64,000 nt of DNA, from positions 16,926,001 to 16,990,000 of the forward strand of contig NW_026262593.1 in assembly GCF_021869535.1 (NCBI RefSeq). The letters run 5' to 3'. Shown piece by piece: positions 26,786 to 39,759 of the stretch. The position numbers and the translations under genes were made by a program. This stretch comes from Mytilus californianus. Taxonomy: Eukaryota. Each line of letters begins with the position of its first letter. Position 1 is the stretch's first letter. The notes beneath the pieces were generated by a model, which did not search any database, had not been told where the DNA came from, and was given only the letters and a program-made list of their open reading frames with translations.

Positions 26786-28598
26786 TTTGAATGAACACAT
26801 GTAATGAAACATTTGTTTTAAATGTTGGGTTGTTGCCTCATTGACTTAACTTCTACGTCTCATTTCGTTTATCGCGATCTTAGATCACTAAAGTACAATA
26901 TTCATATATTGAACACCTCTTTTTTTAATGAAATATCAATTGACTGTTGTTGTTTTTCTCTTTTAGCGCAACTCGTGGCTATGCACTAGTTCCCAACACT
27001 GTCCTTTGTATCAATAGAGAGCTAATGGACAAGTAATGTAATCAATAATTAGACTATTCAAAACAATCAAGGGAGCGAAGTTTTCTCGCCTCTATCTATT
27101 AAATATAATTAACACTCTTTTTTAAAACGTATATTACATGTAATATAAATGAATATTGAAAATAAAATAGAAGGATGGATACCAACTAAATATCTAAATT
27201 TCCCATTATGGTCACATAAGATATACATTATGGTCACATAAGATATAAAAAATAAGAACTAAAGTCATTAAGCTTTTTCTAACAATGGTATTACTTCGTT
27301 TATAGTTCCTGATATTGTGATTGTTTTCGCTTCCTTTTTTTGCCTGTTTGTACTTATGACTAATACTATCCCTACATCATCTTCAAAATTCATTTTCGGT
27401 CCAAAATGTTATGGGTGTACATACTTTAATGTGATCATAAGTTTACGTATAGAGTCAAACCATTAATGTACTGAATAAAAACAAAAAACTAATTGATAAA
27501 AACATTTTATAACCGGTTGTAACAGAAGAAATTTACAAACAAAATTAACGAAAATGGGTTTGACAAGACATTCATATATAATGTTTATAAAATTAAACAA
27601 AAAATAAATTGTAATGCTGATATACATATACTGAGAGCAAGATGAGAAAACACTCAGTAAAAACAAATTGCTTGATGGGAAATGAGCATCGTCAAATGAA
27701 ACTACTTCATCATTTTTAGTACTGTCACACTTGTTTGCGTTTAGATTGGGTTTCTACATATGGCTGTCACGGCGCGAACTTGCTACTACCAGATAATTAT
27801 CAAATTAAAAAAATGTAATTGAATGATTGATAAATTATTGGTGTTACTGTAATGGTAGCATGTATTATTTATACTGAAATGAATAACTTTAATTAAGATT
27901 AAGTGATGGGAAACCAAATAGGTGTTTCAACAGATATTCATTTTGGTTAAAATGACACGTGGGTCGAAAGTAATCACAATATAATTTTTTCCCCATTTAT
28001 CAAACAACAAAATTTGATTGTTAAAATATTGAATACTTTTAAGAACAGTTATCCCTTCATTCATCATAGATAAAATTTATTTCAGATTTTGAAAGGTGTT
28101 TTTTTAGTGACATTAGAAACCGAATTTAATATGAATACTAGTATATAATGGAATCGCATTACAGCATATTCAATTTGATGTTTATTATGAATGTCATTCG
28201 TTTATTGTTTTATATCAAATAGAAAAGTGTGATTCTATCTATAGTACCATTTGTTAGATGGAAACTTCCTGAGAAAAATCTAAACGTCGATAAAAAGGTA
28301 CATAGTTATGAAATAACTCATGTTGGCAAAATCATTTGATATTAATTCTTATTCAATCATAAATAATAACTTACGAAAACGCACCCAAAATGCGAATTTC
28401 CTATTCAAATATAGATTTCCTACTATTAACAAAATGTCAAATAATGAAGCCTTTCAGACAATTAACATGGGAGCATTAGCCCAAATGTCGACTTGCCATT
28501 GGCCCAAACGTAACATATTTTTAGCCCAAATATTACACCAATTAGCCCTAACGTGCATCTCCCTTAATTAACTATTTCAATGTGTTAAAATTTTTAAA

Positions 28599-29081
28599 AC
28601 TAGAAAACACCTGCGACATCGCGGATCCGTGAATAAATTAAAGCACCTACGCCTTATTTTAATCCTGGATTTTTAGTATTCGTATTGATAAAGTCGTGCT
28701 AATTATAAGGTGCATAGTTTTCTCTGCTATCAAAATCTTTCTGTTTGAACGCTTCCTGGTTTTCTTACTACAACCGGAAAATTCATGTGACAAAGATTGA
28801 ATTTAGTGGTATTAATCCCTTACGAAGTTCATGACCTCGTTATTTTAGTAAGATTTCGCGGGCAGTACGTCGACTGAGCATGCGCGAAAGCGTATAAGAC
28901 ACGGATCGATAACGGTCTCCGAATTTGGATATTTTCTCAAAAATGGCGTTTTCTGTGGAAAAAGATTGTTTCAAAGATAAATTTAGGAAGTACAAAACAC
29001 TACATTTATATTTCCGACTTTGTATGGTTTCAGAGGAATTGCGGCTCAATGAAATCGGTCTTTTCCTTTAGTAGTATAGAT
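28599..29081 (+). mobile_element. Non-autonomous Helitron/Helentron-like element
   Basis: Start ACTAGAAAACACCTGCGACATCGCGG and end TTTAGTAGTATAGAT resemble rolling-circle element termini. No second copy in the window. Confidence 0.45.
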
Positions 29082-29155
29082 TCGTAATGAAGAACTATCA
29101 AGAAAAGCGCTTCAAACACACGTAATTTGTAAAGTGTTATTTCCAATATAATAGG

Positions 29156-29458
29156 CGTTTAATCCCGCTGCAAATGTTTGCACCTGTCCTAAGTCAGGAA
29201 TCTGATTATAGTAGTTGTCGTCTGTTTACGTGGTCCATACGTGTTTCTCGTTTCTCGTTTTTATATAGATTAGACCGTTGGTTTTTCCGTGTGAATGGTT
29301 TTACACTAGTAATTTTTTGGGGCCCTTTATAGCTTGCTGTTCGGTGTGTGCCAATGCTCCGTGTTGAAGGCCGTACCTTGACCTATAAAGGTTTACTCTT
29401 ATAAATTGTAACTTGGATGGAGAGTTGTCTCATTGGAACTCATACCACATCTTCCTAT
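29156..29458 (+). repeat. Interspersed repeat family A, truncated copy
   Basis: Matches 4315-4618. Confidence 0.88.
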
Positions 29459-30576
29459 ATGTATTATAACTTCCTTTATTAATAAGGTTGAGTGAATTTC
29501 AAAGCACTGACAGAGGAGAACGGTAATAACACGAGTATAAAACGTACAATAACTTCTGTATCGTATGCACTTAGTGTAAAACAAGACTGCTTTCTTTACG
29601 TGAACCCCTATTTACAACATATTGCAATTTCCTGTACACAACTAGTCCTTTCGCAACCCTTACTTTGTTTCGTCAAAAATGATTTAGTAATCGTACAAAA
29701 AATAATTATTGGAATAAATTTCTTCCAGCATTTCATACAAATTTTAATATTCGAATATTAAGCTTTAACAAACATATTGTGTTTATTCGATAAAAACGCA
29801 ATCTTAGTAAGTTACACAAAATTATTATGACTTTGGAAGTTAATTGTTTTTCCTGGTAAGTAACTTGCAATTTTACTGCCGAAAGGTCGAGCGGTGCATC
29901 AATGAAAACGATATGGTCTTGTTCTATAATACGCCAAATACATTTCTGTTTGTTTCCTTTTTTATTGGTTGTTAGGTCAGTATTCTTTGTGTTAAAAAAG
30001 AATTTTGTGTCTTAAAAAATGGGTCTCAGAAAATAATTACTTTTCTACTGTTCAAAACTTTTCTTCGTGTCCTTATAGCTATGATGTACAGCCATAGATA
30101 TTAGAGTGTAGTATTCAGTATTTATTTGTATTCAAATTTTTTGTTGTCTGTTATACCGGTATCCAATAGTTAAGAAGGATTTTACTAAAATATGATTGTA
30201 TTTACTTTCTTTGTTGTACCTTTTAATTTTTCACTGATCGAAATTACAAAGTTAAGCAGTAAGTGATCGAAAACGCTTTTCTTTATTTGTTTCTGTGTGT
30301 TTTTTTGTTGTTGTTGGTTCCTTCCCTCTTTTGTTATCTTATACCGCAATGATATTGTTTTTTCCTCTGTAATGATTTTATTGTACGTTCTACAGTTTAC
30401 AATTCAACGTTCAACTGATTTTACTGTATGTTATTCAGTGTACATTATTTGATTCAACTGATTTTACTGTATGTTATTCAGTGGACATTATTTGGTTCCA
30501 CTGATTTCACTGTACCTTATTCAGTGAACCTTCTGTTATACCACCGACACCACGGATTTCAAATGTTTGGCTTTGA

Positions 30577-30618
30577 GCGTTCCTGATGAAGGTAAATCCA
30601 GAAAAGCGCTTCGGACGC
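30577..30618 (+). ncRNA. Minimal type I hammerhead ribozyme motif in a short PLE-like 3' fragment (about 30545-30650)
   Basis: Stem I GCGTTC/GGACGC, core CTGATGA (30583-30589), short stem II GG-TAAAT-CC, GAAA (30601-30604), palindromic stem III AAGCGCTT, and cleavage triplet TTC ending at 30612. Stem II lacks the canonical 10.1-11.1 pair. Confidence 0.65.
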
Positions 30619-31044
30619 ATGAAATTATTAAACGTGTTGTTTTCAATTTTTTACTGTAGGTTCTACAGTGTATATTCTGTTACTAATTTTACTGTAGGTT
30701 CTACAGTGTTCCTACTGTTACGGATTTTACTTTAGGTTCTACAGTGTACCTTCTGTTACTGATTTTACTATAGTTTCTACATTGTACCTTCTGTTGCTGA
30801 TTTTACTGTAGGTTCAACAGTGATCCTAATGTAACGGATTTTACTGTAGGTTCTACAGTGTACCTTCTGTTACTTGTTTTACTATAGGTTCTACATATAC
30901 CTTCTGCTACTGATTTTACTGTAGGTTCTACATTGTAACTTATGTTGCTGATTTTACTGAAGGTTCTACATTGTACCTTCTGTCACTGATTTTACTATCG
31001 GTTCTTCAGTGTACCTTCTGTTACTAATTGTACTGTAGGTTCTA

Positions 31045-31235
31045 GAGGGGCCCGATGGGTTATTTTCGTTCTTCGTGATCGGCGCATTTTCGCTATCGTG
31101 ATCCGTTTTTTTACAGATTTTTTTTTTATATTTTCGTGATCCGTGATCATGGAAATTTATTTTCTGTGAATCGTGATTGACAAAAAAAATCAACTCGTGA
31201 ATCGTGATGAGACCCCTCCCCCATTCAGGCCCCTC
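31045..31235. mobile_element. 191-bp MITE with 6-bp TSD
   Basis: TIR GAGGGGCCCGATGGG / CCCATTCAGGCCCCTC; GTTCTA is duplicated at 31039-31044 and 31236-31241 within a satellite unit; internal CGTGAT repeats. Confidence 0.8.
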
Positions 31236-31377
31236 GTTCTACAGTGTACATTCTGTTACTGATTTTACTTAAAGTTCTTAAATATACATCCTGTTATTCC
31301 ATTCATTCGACTACATATTCTATAGTGTACCACTGGTTTTACTGTACTTTCTTAATGATTAGTGTACCTTCAGTTAT

Positions 31378-31463
31378 AGAATAGAATAGAATAGAAAATT
31401 TTATTTTAAGTCGGGGTTACATGAACATTACAAACATAAGCTCTGTAGAGCTTTTTGCCAACA
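31378..31463 (-). mobile_element. Extremely 5'-truncated LINE 3' end
   Basis: The minus strand reads ...AAGCTCTACAGAGCTT (hairpin)...AATAAAATT(TTCTA)n, i.e. a stem-loop, polyA signal and microsatellite tail. Confidence 0.6.
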
Positions 31464-32499
31464 TAATTCCACTGATTTGACTGTACGTTATTCAGTGTAT
31501 ACTTTTTCATTCCACTGATTTTACTGTTAGTTATTCGATGTACCGTACCTTCTGTTATACTACTGGTTTGACTGTACATTCCTCGGTGTACCTTCTGTTA
31601 TTCCGACGATTTCACTCTACGTTCTTCCGTGTACCTTCTGTTATTCGACTGATTTGACTGGAAGTATTTCTGTTTACCTTGAGTTATTCCACTGATTTTG
31701 ATGTACGTTTTTAGTGTACCTTCCATAATTCCCCTGATTTGACTGTAGGTTCTTCAGCGTACCTTGTGTTATTCCACTTGTTAAGCTGTACGTTCTATAG
31801 CGTGCCTTCTGTTATTCCACTGATTTTACTGTAGGTTCTATAATGTACCTTCTGTTACTGATTTTGCTGTAGGTTCTTCAATGTACCTTTTGTTATTGAT
31901 TTTAATATAGGGTCTACAGTGTACATTCTATTATTGATTTTACTGAAAAGTTCTTCAATATACCTCCTGTTATTCCATTTATTCGACTATATAAATTTTT
32001 GTTTTTTTTTAATTCCACTGATTTTACTGTACTTTATTCAGTGTATATTATTTTATTCCACTAATTTTTACTGTACGTTATTTAGTGTACCGTACCTTCT
32101 GTTATACCACTGGTTTGACTATACGTTCCTCATGCAGTGTACCTTCTGTTATTCCGACGATATAACTTTACGTTCTCCAGTGTGCCTTCTGTTATTCAGA
32201 AGTTTTGATTTAGAAGAAAAACCGACATGGTTAGAAAATACAAATGATAATACCGTTACTAACACAATTACATTTTAATATTCTTGTCATGGTTAGAAAA
32301 TACATAAAATAACACCATTACAAACTCTATCCCAATTCAATATTTTTGTACGTGTCTATAAATAAAACAAATCTATTTTATTTTTAATTTACCTGTGATA
32401 ATATAAATGTCACAAAAAAAACGTCACTTTTTGTGACGTTGATCCATTCATGTGACGCGCATTTTATATGTCGTTTGTAGTGGTGTTCTGGTGTGCTGT

Positions 32500-32790
32500 C
32501 GTAAATTCATGGGTGGTGTTCGTTGTTATTCTGCGTTTTACATGTTGTAATGTACTATTATATTATTCATTTATGTATTTCTCTGTGCTGAGTGTTCTTG
32601 CGTTTGTTTGTACTGTATTCCTGTCACGTAGTGTTGTCATTTTAGCAGTATTTTTAACATTGACCGGGAGGTTTGGCTAGCCATAAAACTAGGTTCAACC
32701 AACCATTTCTTTTTTCTTAAAATGTCCTTTACCAAGTCTGGAATATGGCAGTTGTTATCAGACAGTCCGTTTCTATGTATGTTAGCGTTT
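32500..32790 (+). repeat. Interspersed repeat family E
   Basis: Its reverse complement matches 55235-55430 (GCGTTTGTTTGTACTGTATTCCTGTCACGT...GGGAGGTTTGGCTAGCCATAAAAC). Confidence 0.8.
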
Positions 32791-33302
32791 GCTATTGACT
32801 ATTGAACAGCAGTATACTACAGTACTGTTGCCTTTATGGAGGCAGATAACTTAATTCGAATTTTTGAAATTTTACATCTTGCAGATATTTATCTGATATG
32901 GTGAATTCATGTTACTAATTGAAATTCAAAAACACGAAACAATTAAATAGGTAAACAGCCCTTTTATTTATACAACGCCAATTTCCTCGGAATATGTCAT
33001 AAAATAACAATAAAACCGTAATAAAACATCGTCAGTAAATATAAATGGTCATCCGTCTATTAAAACAAAATAATAATAACTTGATAATTATCTTAATATC
33101 CTCGACTATATTCATAAATTAATATAAAATCAAATCATTTTGTGATAAAGACATGATAAGATAATATTTGATTTTGAAATCAATCCCAGAAAACAATTTC
33201 TGCAATAAAACTGATTTAGAATCTGTTAAAATTGAAATTTAGCTTCACATTACCAAAGTAATTTGAAAAAATTAACATTGTCAGCGATGTACAAATCTAA
33301 GG

Positions 33303-34100
33303 GACAAACATTAAATCAGCACGTGAAAAAGGAAGGACGAACATTAAACCAACACATGGAAGAGGTGGGGGACAATAATTAAATCAACTCGTGGAAGAGA
33401 CGGATGACAAGGATTTAATCAATACGTGGAAGAGGTGGGGGTAATCATTAAACCAACACGTGGAAGAGATGGAGATCAAACATTAAATCAACACGTGGAA
33501 GAGATGGAGAACAAACATTAAATCAACACGACGAAGAGTTGGAGAACAAACATAAAATTAACACGTAGAAGAAATGGAGGACAAGCATTTAATCAACACG
33601 TGGAAGAGGTATGGATGAACATTTAATCAACACGTGGAAGAGATTGAGGAAAAGCATTTAACCAATACGTGGAAGAGGAGCAGATAAACATTAAGTCAAC
33701 ACGTGGAAGAGGTGGGGATAACATTTAATCTACACGTGGAAGAGGTGAAGGATAAACATTAAATCAACACGTGGAAGAGGTGAAGGATAAACATTAAATC
33801 AACACATGGAAGAGAAGGAGAACAAACATTAAATCAACACGTGGAAGAGATGGAGGCAAAACATTAAATCAACACGTGGAAGAGTTGGAGAACAAACATA
33901 AAATCAGCACGTGGCAGAGATGGAGGACAAGCATTTAATAAATACGTGAAAGAGGTTGGGATAAACATTAAGTCAACACGTGGAAGAGATAAAGGACAAG
34001 CATTTGAGCAACATGTGGAAGAGGTGGGGATATATATTTTAATCAATACGTGGATGAGATGGAGGAGGACAAACATTTAGTCAACACGTCGAAGAGGTTG
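33303..34100. repeat. Minisatellite, about 35 bp unit, about 23 copies
   Basis: Unit ACATTAAATCAACACGTGGAAGAGATGGAGAACAA. Confidence 0.92.
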
Positions 34101-34336
34101 GGGTAGGATGAAAAATTTTGGCCTGCATTTTTTTTTAGTTGTAATCTCTGTCCTGCCTTTTTATTTTTCACTCTATTCTGTCCTGCTTTTTTTTTATTAG
34201 TTTATCCTGACTTTTTTTACATAAATTGTCATCCTATCTTTTTTTTCCCCAAGTTGATCATCCTGCCCTATCCTGCCTTTTTTCAAATTTCATTTTCGTT
34301 GGCAAACACTTCTCTGTACCCTTGAACATGAGCAAA

Positions 34337-34785
34337 GGCTCTCGGTGGCCGAAATGTATAGCTAGTTCATCTGCTGTATCACTTGCCTGTCAATGCTGAG
34401 GTTGTGAGTTCGAACCCTGCACTTTGTCCACATGTAGAGCAGGATCTGCTTACCCTTCCGGAACACCTGGGATTATACCCCCAGTTTTTGGTGGGGTTCG
34501 TGTTGCTCAGTCTTTAGTTTACTATGTTGTGTTTTGTGTTTTGTGTATTATTGTTTTTCTTTTTCTTTTTTAGCCATGGCGTTCTTAGTTTATTTTCGAC
34601 TTATGAGTTTAAATGTCCATTTGTAATCTTTCGCCCCCACCCCCACCCCCCCCCCTTTGTAAGTTTCTTTGCCGAAGGTCGGTGGTTCTCGGGCACTACG
34701 GATTCCTCCACCAATAAAACTGACCGCCATGATATAGCAAACAGTGCTGAAAGTGGCGTTAAACACCAACAATCAATCAATCAAT
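34337..34785 (+). mobile_element. tRNA-derived SINE (mollusc V/Meta-type) split by a Naiad 3' fragment (34428-34635)
   Basis: A-box-like TGGCCGAAATG and B-box GAGTTCGAACCC (34406-34417). The body GGTGGTTCTCGGGCACTACGGATTCCTCCACCAATAAAACTG and the (CAAT)n tail resume after the insertion. A tail-only copy lies at about 60795-60845. Confidence 0.75.
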
Positions 34786-34908
34786 TAAAAAATGCATGAG
34801 CATATGTTAAAGAGAGATATGGTTTATTTCCACTGTATTTGTTTCAATCTCTCGCTGCACCTTGCTGTAGAAGACAATTTTGATACACTATTGTAAATGT
34901 ACATGTGT

Positions 34909-35099
34909 TAGATATAAGAAGATGTGGTATGAGTGCCAATGAGACAACTCTCCTTCCAAGTCAAAATTTATAAAAGTAAACCATTATAGGTCAAAGTACG
35001 GTCTTCAACACGGAGCCTTGGCTCACACCGAACAGTAAGCTATAAAGGGCCCCAAAAAGTACTAGTGTAAATCCATTCAAACGGGAAAACCAACGGTCA
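34909..35099 (-). repeat. Interspersed repeat family A, truncated copy
   Basis: Matches 3718-3910. Confidence 0.88.
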
Positions 35100-37894
35100 A
35101 ATAGTTGTACACTATTGTATCAACGTTTACCAAAAGGAATTATTTTTCATCTGAAAGACAACAAACCCTTTACCTTCGTTAAAATAGTTTTTGTAACATG
35201 CAAGAATAATTTATCTTTTTTGTTGTTGATATGATAAACGTTTGCCTAAATATGATATCTTAAGATTGTAGCTTGGGCTATATCTAGGCATTTATAACTT
35301 GCTCACATGTTCAGATATACACAGTAAAGGTTTTTTTTGGCCCAAAGTATACGTATTAAGCATAGGTTATGTGGCATTAAGTAAAGATTAGTAGATCAGT
35401 TGGAAATTTTAAACTTTTTTTGTGAAAATGAATCGGGCAGAATGTACTCTAGCTTGTTAATTATTCTATAACTTTTAATTAAACATTAAAATAAAGATCA
35501 GACATGATTTTTGGCTTCTGAATCAGATACGGTCAATGTTTGAATTGTTGTAGACTCTTTGTAACACGATATGTGCAGATATTATGTTTTGTAATGTGGC
35601 ACGGTGAATACAATGACAATAAATGAAGAGGATATAAAAAAAGTTAGATGATACGTGTATCTCAAAAAGTTCCAATTAAGATTTATTGCACCTGTTTCGT
35701 AATGATAAAATATTTCTAAACAAAAATTGATAGTTTGTCCACTTATTTGAGTAATGGGGATTAAATTACTGTCAGCTTGATTCACTTGTCGTTTGGAATT
35801 ACCATTTTTATTGTTTTTCTAACAAATTCAAATAATATTAAACGATATTTGATGTAATTTCATATTTTTTTCATTCATATTTGATTGCAATCAAATTTTG
35901 TGAAAGCTTATCTGAAAAATATATTACTCCCTCTCTGATATTTTTATTGTTTTGTTTACTTCATTGTGTAACACATCTTTGTATCATGTCCTATGTACAG
36001 GATTTTATAGATTTCCTTGACACACTGACACGGTTTTATTTTAACTTTATGGTAAAAAATGAAAACAACACATTATTAATTTCATGCGTCCGAAGCGCTT
36101 TTGTGAACTATTCTATTTTGGATCTTAATACATGTATACTTAGTTCTGATATAAAACAAAAAGGGAAAAGATATCAAGGGACCAATCAAAAACCACGTGT
36201 CTTTTATTTTATATACCTACAAAAATAAATCAAAAGTTAAAGATAACATGAAATCACAAGCATTCGTTCAATGTAACTACAAATATGATACAGTTTATGT
36301 GCAGATTTAAAGTTGATAAATTACATAATTGCACTTAAAGTAAGACTGCAACACCCTCTGGTGAGTTGATTTTTAACTGTATATGCCATTGTGTTTGTTT
36401 ATAGTCTCAGACATTTGATTGTTATGACTTTCCAAATTTTTGGTCACTGGCGTACCTGATAACGGTTGTTTTTAAACACATATCGTGCGCAAGAGCGTTT
36501 TTATCATATTAAATTTCGCGTGTCTCGATTTTAGAACCAATTATTGCATGTTTCGTCACAATTAATTAAAAACTAGATTATTACTTTTACATCAGATTGA
36601 TAACGGCTTAATGTATTAATTGTTTCTTTGAAATATGGTCATGAAATACGAGAAACATTCTTTCATCTGATGTCTTGTGTCACGCTGTTTCACAGATTTA
36701 TAATGATAAATTTTAATTAATTGGTTGTAAATGTTTTCTGCAATATTACATGATATAGGAATTACTATTTACTTATTGACTTTAATCCTAAATAAAATCT
36801 ATGAAACGTGTTTATTAAGCTTTGAGAGCGATATTTAATAGTCCACGTAAATATCGCTTTTGATAGAAAATATACTCAAATAATTACCTAAGATTCAATT
36901 AAACGCATCTAAAAAAAAAATGCATTAAATAAATGAGAATGTGTTAAAAAATCCTTGTTCACTTACAATTCCGACAACAATTAAAAACACTATGATTTTT
37001 ACTTAATAGTGAAAAAGTAGCCTATATCTTAAATGTTCCATTGACTTTGAGTAAAGGATTATATGTAATAACTACTGATATGTTTTGTGGCGATGAATAG
37101 CGATCAATTGGCCTTGAATATACATGTGTTTCTATTTTCGATTTCATCAAAGTGAAGCCTCAAATTTAATGAAGGAAGTTTATTCAGCTTTGAAAAGTTT
37201 TAAATCGAGGATACGCATTTCACGTTTACTTATTTTCATCACCAATATAGAGTTTTTTTTCAACAGTAAATCGATACGTCTACATACTTTAATTACATCG
37301 TATGATAAAGGAACAAAAACTCTCACAAGTCCCTCTAAGGCCACCTCGATTGGCTGACTGCGCTTCTGTTTCTTACCTTACTAAAAAATTTCCCCTTTTA
37401 AGAGTCTCAAGATTCTATTATCTAATCATCTGCAATAACTACCTAATTTAGCAACTATATTACATCCAAGCGAATTGCTTGAATTTGTCCTCTGAGTTTC
37501 ATAGTGTATACGTTGTAAAACTTACTAACTATGCATGAATTACCGCAAGAGTAAGATTATGTACTGTTATCAAGATATAAAAGAACAATAATTGTCAACG
37601 GCTATTTTTGAATAATATGTTGTGTCCCAAATTTAATGAATGTATGTAATTACCTTTCACAATAACTTTTATGCACATGTATCTGCTATTAAAATCATTG
37701 GTTTTAAACTACATTTTTAGAAGACAAGAAACCATCATTTAAAATAAATTGATCTTAATACTTTGAATACAGTACAACGCACTCTTATATTAATTGTGCT
37801 CATCCGTGCAGCTACTTTATAAAATAACAAGTAAATACTATTAAATATGAAACTTTGTGGGGGAAATTTCAAGAAATTTGATTGGACGAGGGGT

Positions 37895-38060
37895 TGTTAA
37901 AGACAGGCGGAAGATATCAAAAGGAACATTCGAACTCACAAGTCGAAAATAAACTGACAACGCCATTGCAATGAAAAAGACAAAAATACAAACAACAGTA
38001 TGTAAACACAACATAGAAAAATAAAGACTGAGCAACACGAACTCCAATAAAACCGGGAGT
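37895..38060 (-). mobile_element. Naiad-type PLE extreme 3' fragment
   Basis: Reverse complement matches 42030-42190. Confidence 0.7.
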
Positions 38061-39759
38061 GATTGATATATTCAAGAGAAAAAAAATCAATAATGCCACA
38101 CGAAACAATGAAAATGCATATATATATGATGATTATTTTCTTAAAGATACCGTGTCATGTAGATAATTAAAATGTGCGGAAAAACATGGGATTTATTAAA
38201 TACCAAGTCAGGCGGAAACCCAGTTGAAATAGAACAAAAGAATCGAAGCTCTTTGTTAGAGAAGGCGATAAATGCTTACTGTAATGTTTACTATAGTAAC
38301 AAAATTTTTAAAAGTTAATAGAAACAAATAAAATGACAGTTTTCGGCTAAATTACGAAGTATTTTATCTTAAAAACACAATTTGCATAAGTTTTCAATTT
38401 ATCTATTACATAATTAAGCAGAACAATTAGATATCAAGTCGACGACATGGGTGTTTATTCAGTTGGATCTAAAAAATGCATAACCTCCGATTTTTATTTT
38501 TTTTTACCCACGGACGGAGAACATATCAATCTATTTGTTCCTTAATTTTCGTTTCTGCCCTTCCATTATGTAACTCAAGAAAAAATTCAAAAAATGGGTA
38601 ACAATTGCATCGAAAAGATAAAACCGAGTGCACCGTTTTATGTTCGGGCGTGTTTGAGTTAAATATTTTGTCTTGAAAACGTTTAAAGCAAGAGTATTTG
38701 ATACATCATCTCGCTTCAGATTCTATTATTTTTATATATCAAGGCTACAGGTTGACTTTATAACATCGAAAGTTCACAGTACTAAAAAATTAAATATATG
38801 GGTCAAGTGAAATACCTTTCTAATGAATCACAAAAACAGAGTAGGTGTGTTCGAATAGCAAATTTTTAATAAAAGTACTTGACGACTGACTTTTAAGTTG
38901 GATCTTAAAAATGCATATCTTCGAAAAAACTTCATTTTTTGTGTGTGATAATTAGGGTTTATAGTCTTCAACCACTGAAAATTTTTAGTCTGCCCTTCCA
39001 CGAAATATTTAATTAGAATTTTTTCAAATGTTTATGAATTTCCGAAAATTCCACCTGAAAACCGATCCGACAATAGTTTTAAGTTGACTGAATGCAGACA
39101 AGTACATTAACTGATGCTCATTAGCTAGTAGATACATTTGTCTTTTAAAATACACCTGGCATATAAGGATCGTAATGGTGCTATGTGGATAAATTTGTCG
39201 GTTTTCAAGAGCTAAATTGGAAGCGCGTCATCCCTACAATGGCTTCCATTTTTACGATTTTGTAAAAATGAACTGGCGTAATGGGGAGATAATTTTGACG
39301 AAGTAGAATCCTGACTGAAGTGTTAAAGCTCTAGATTAGAATTTTTTAAGTGTCTTTAGGAAACCTCTATGTCTGACAGTAAAACCTACGTTTTACGTAG
39401 GCCAAGCTTCAAATACAATACTGTTGTCTCTTATTCTTGTATATTTACATGTACCTTTGTTTCCTTTCTTAAATTTGTTTTGAGATTATTTAGACTCTAT
39501 ACGATATAGAGCTTGGCATATCGATAGACTTCTGTCTATTATTGACAACTGATTGTTGCCCTCTAACTGTCTTTTAGGTTGTTGAGCTGCTGTCTCATTG
39601 CATTGAATCCACCTCTACTTTAGTTATATAGAAGAAACTCCCGTTTGCTAACATACGTTCAATATTATGATTAACATATGTCAACTAGAAACCAACGTTG
39701 TTTGTTGAATACAAAACCCCGACAGAATTGAATAGACAGTTAAGTATTTTAAGCATATT

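Larger units (their letters stand above)
30395..32190. repeat. Degenerate minisatellite with 38-bp and about 43-bp units, interrupted by three insertions
   Basis: Unit TTTTACTGTAGGTTCTACAGTGTACCTTCTGTTACTGA and variants. Higher-order similarity between about 31255-31640 and 31930-32180. Confidence 0.88.

Noticed and set aside
34337-34425. tRNA gene
   Set aside because: It has A/B boxes but no cloverleaf, and it is followed by a SINE body and tail, so it is a SINE head.
38300-39420. Possible DNA-transposon-like segment
   Set aside because: No TIR pair, TSD, ORF or second copy could be established by eye.
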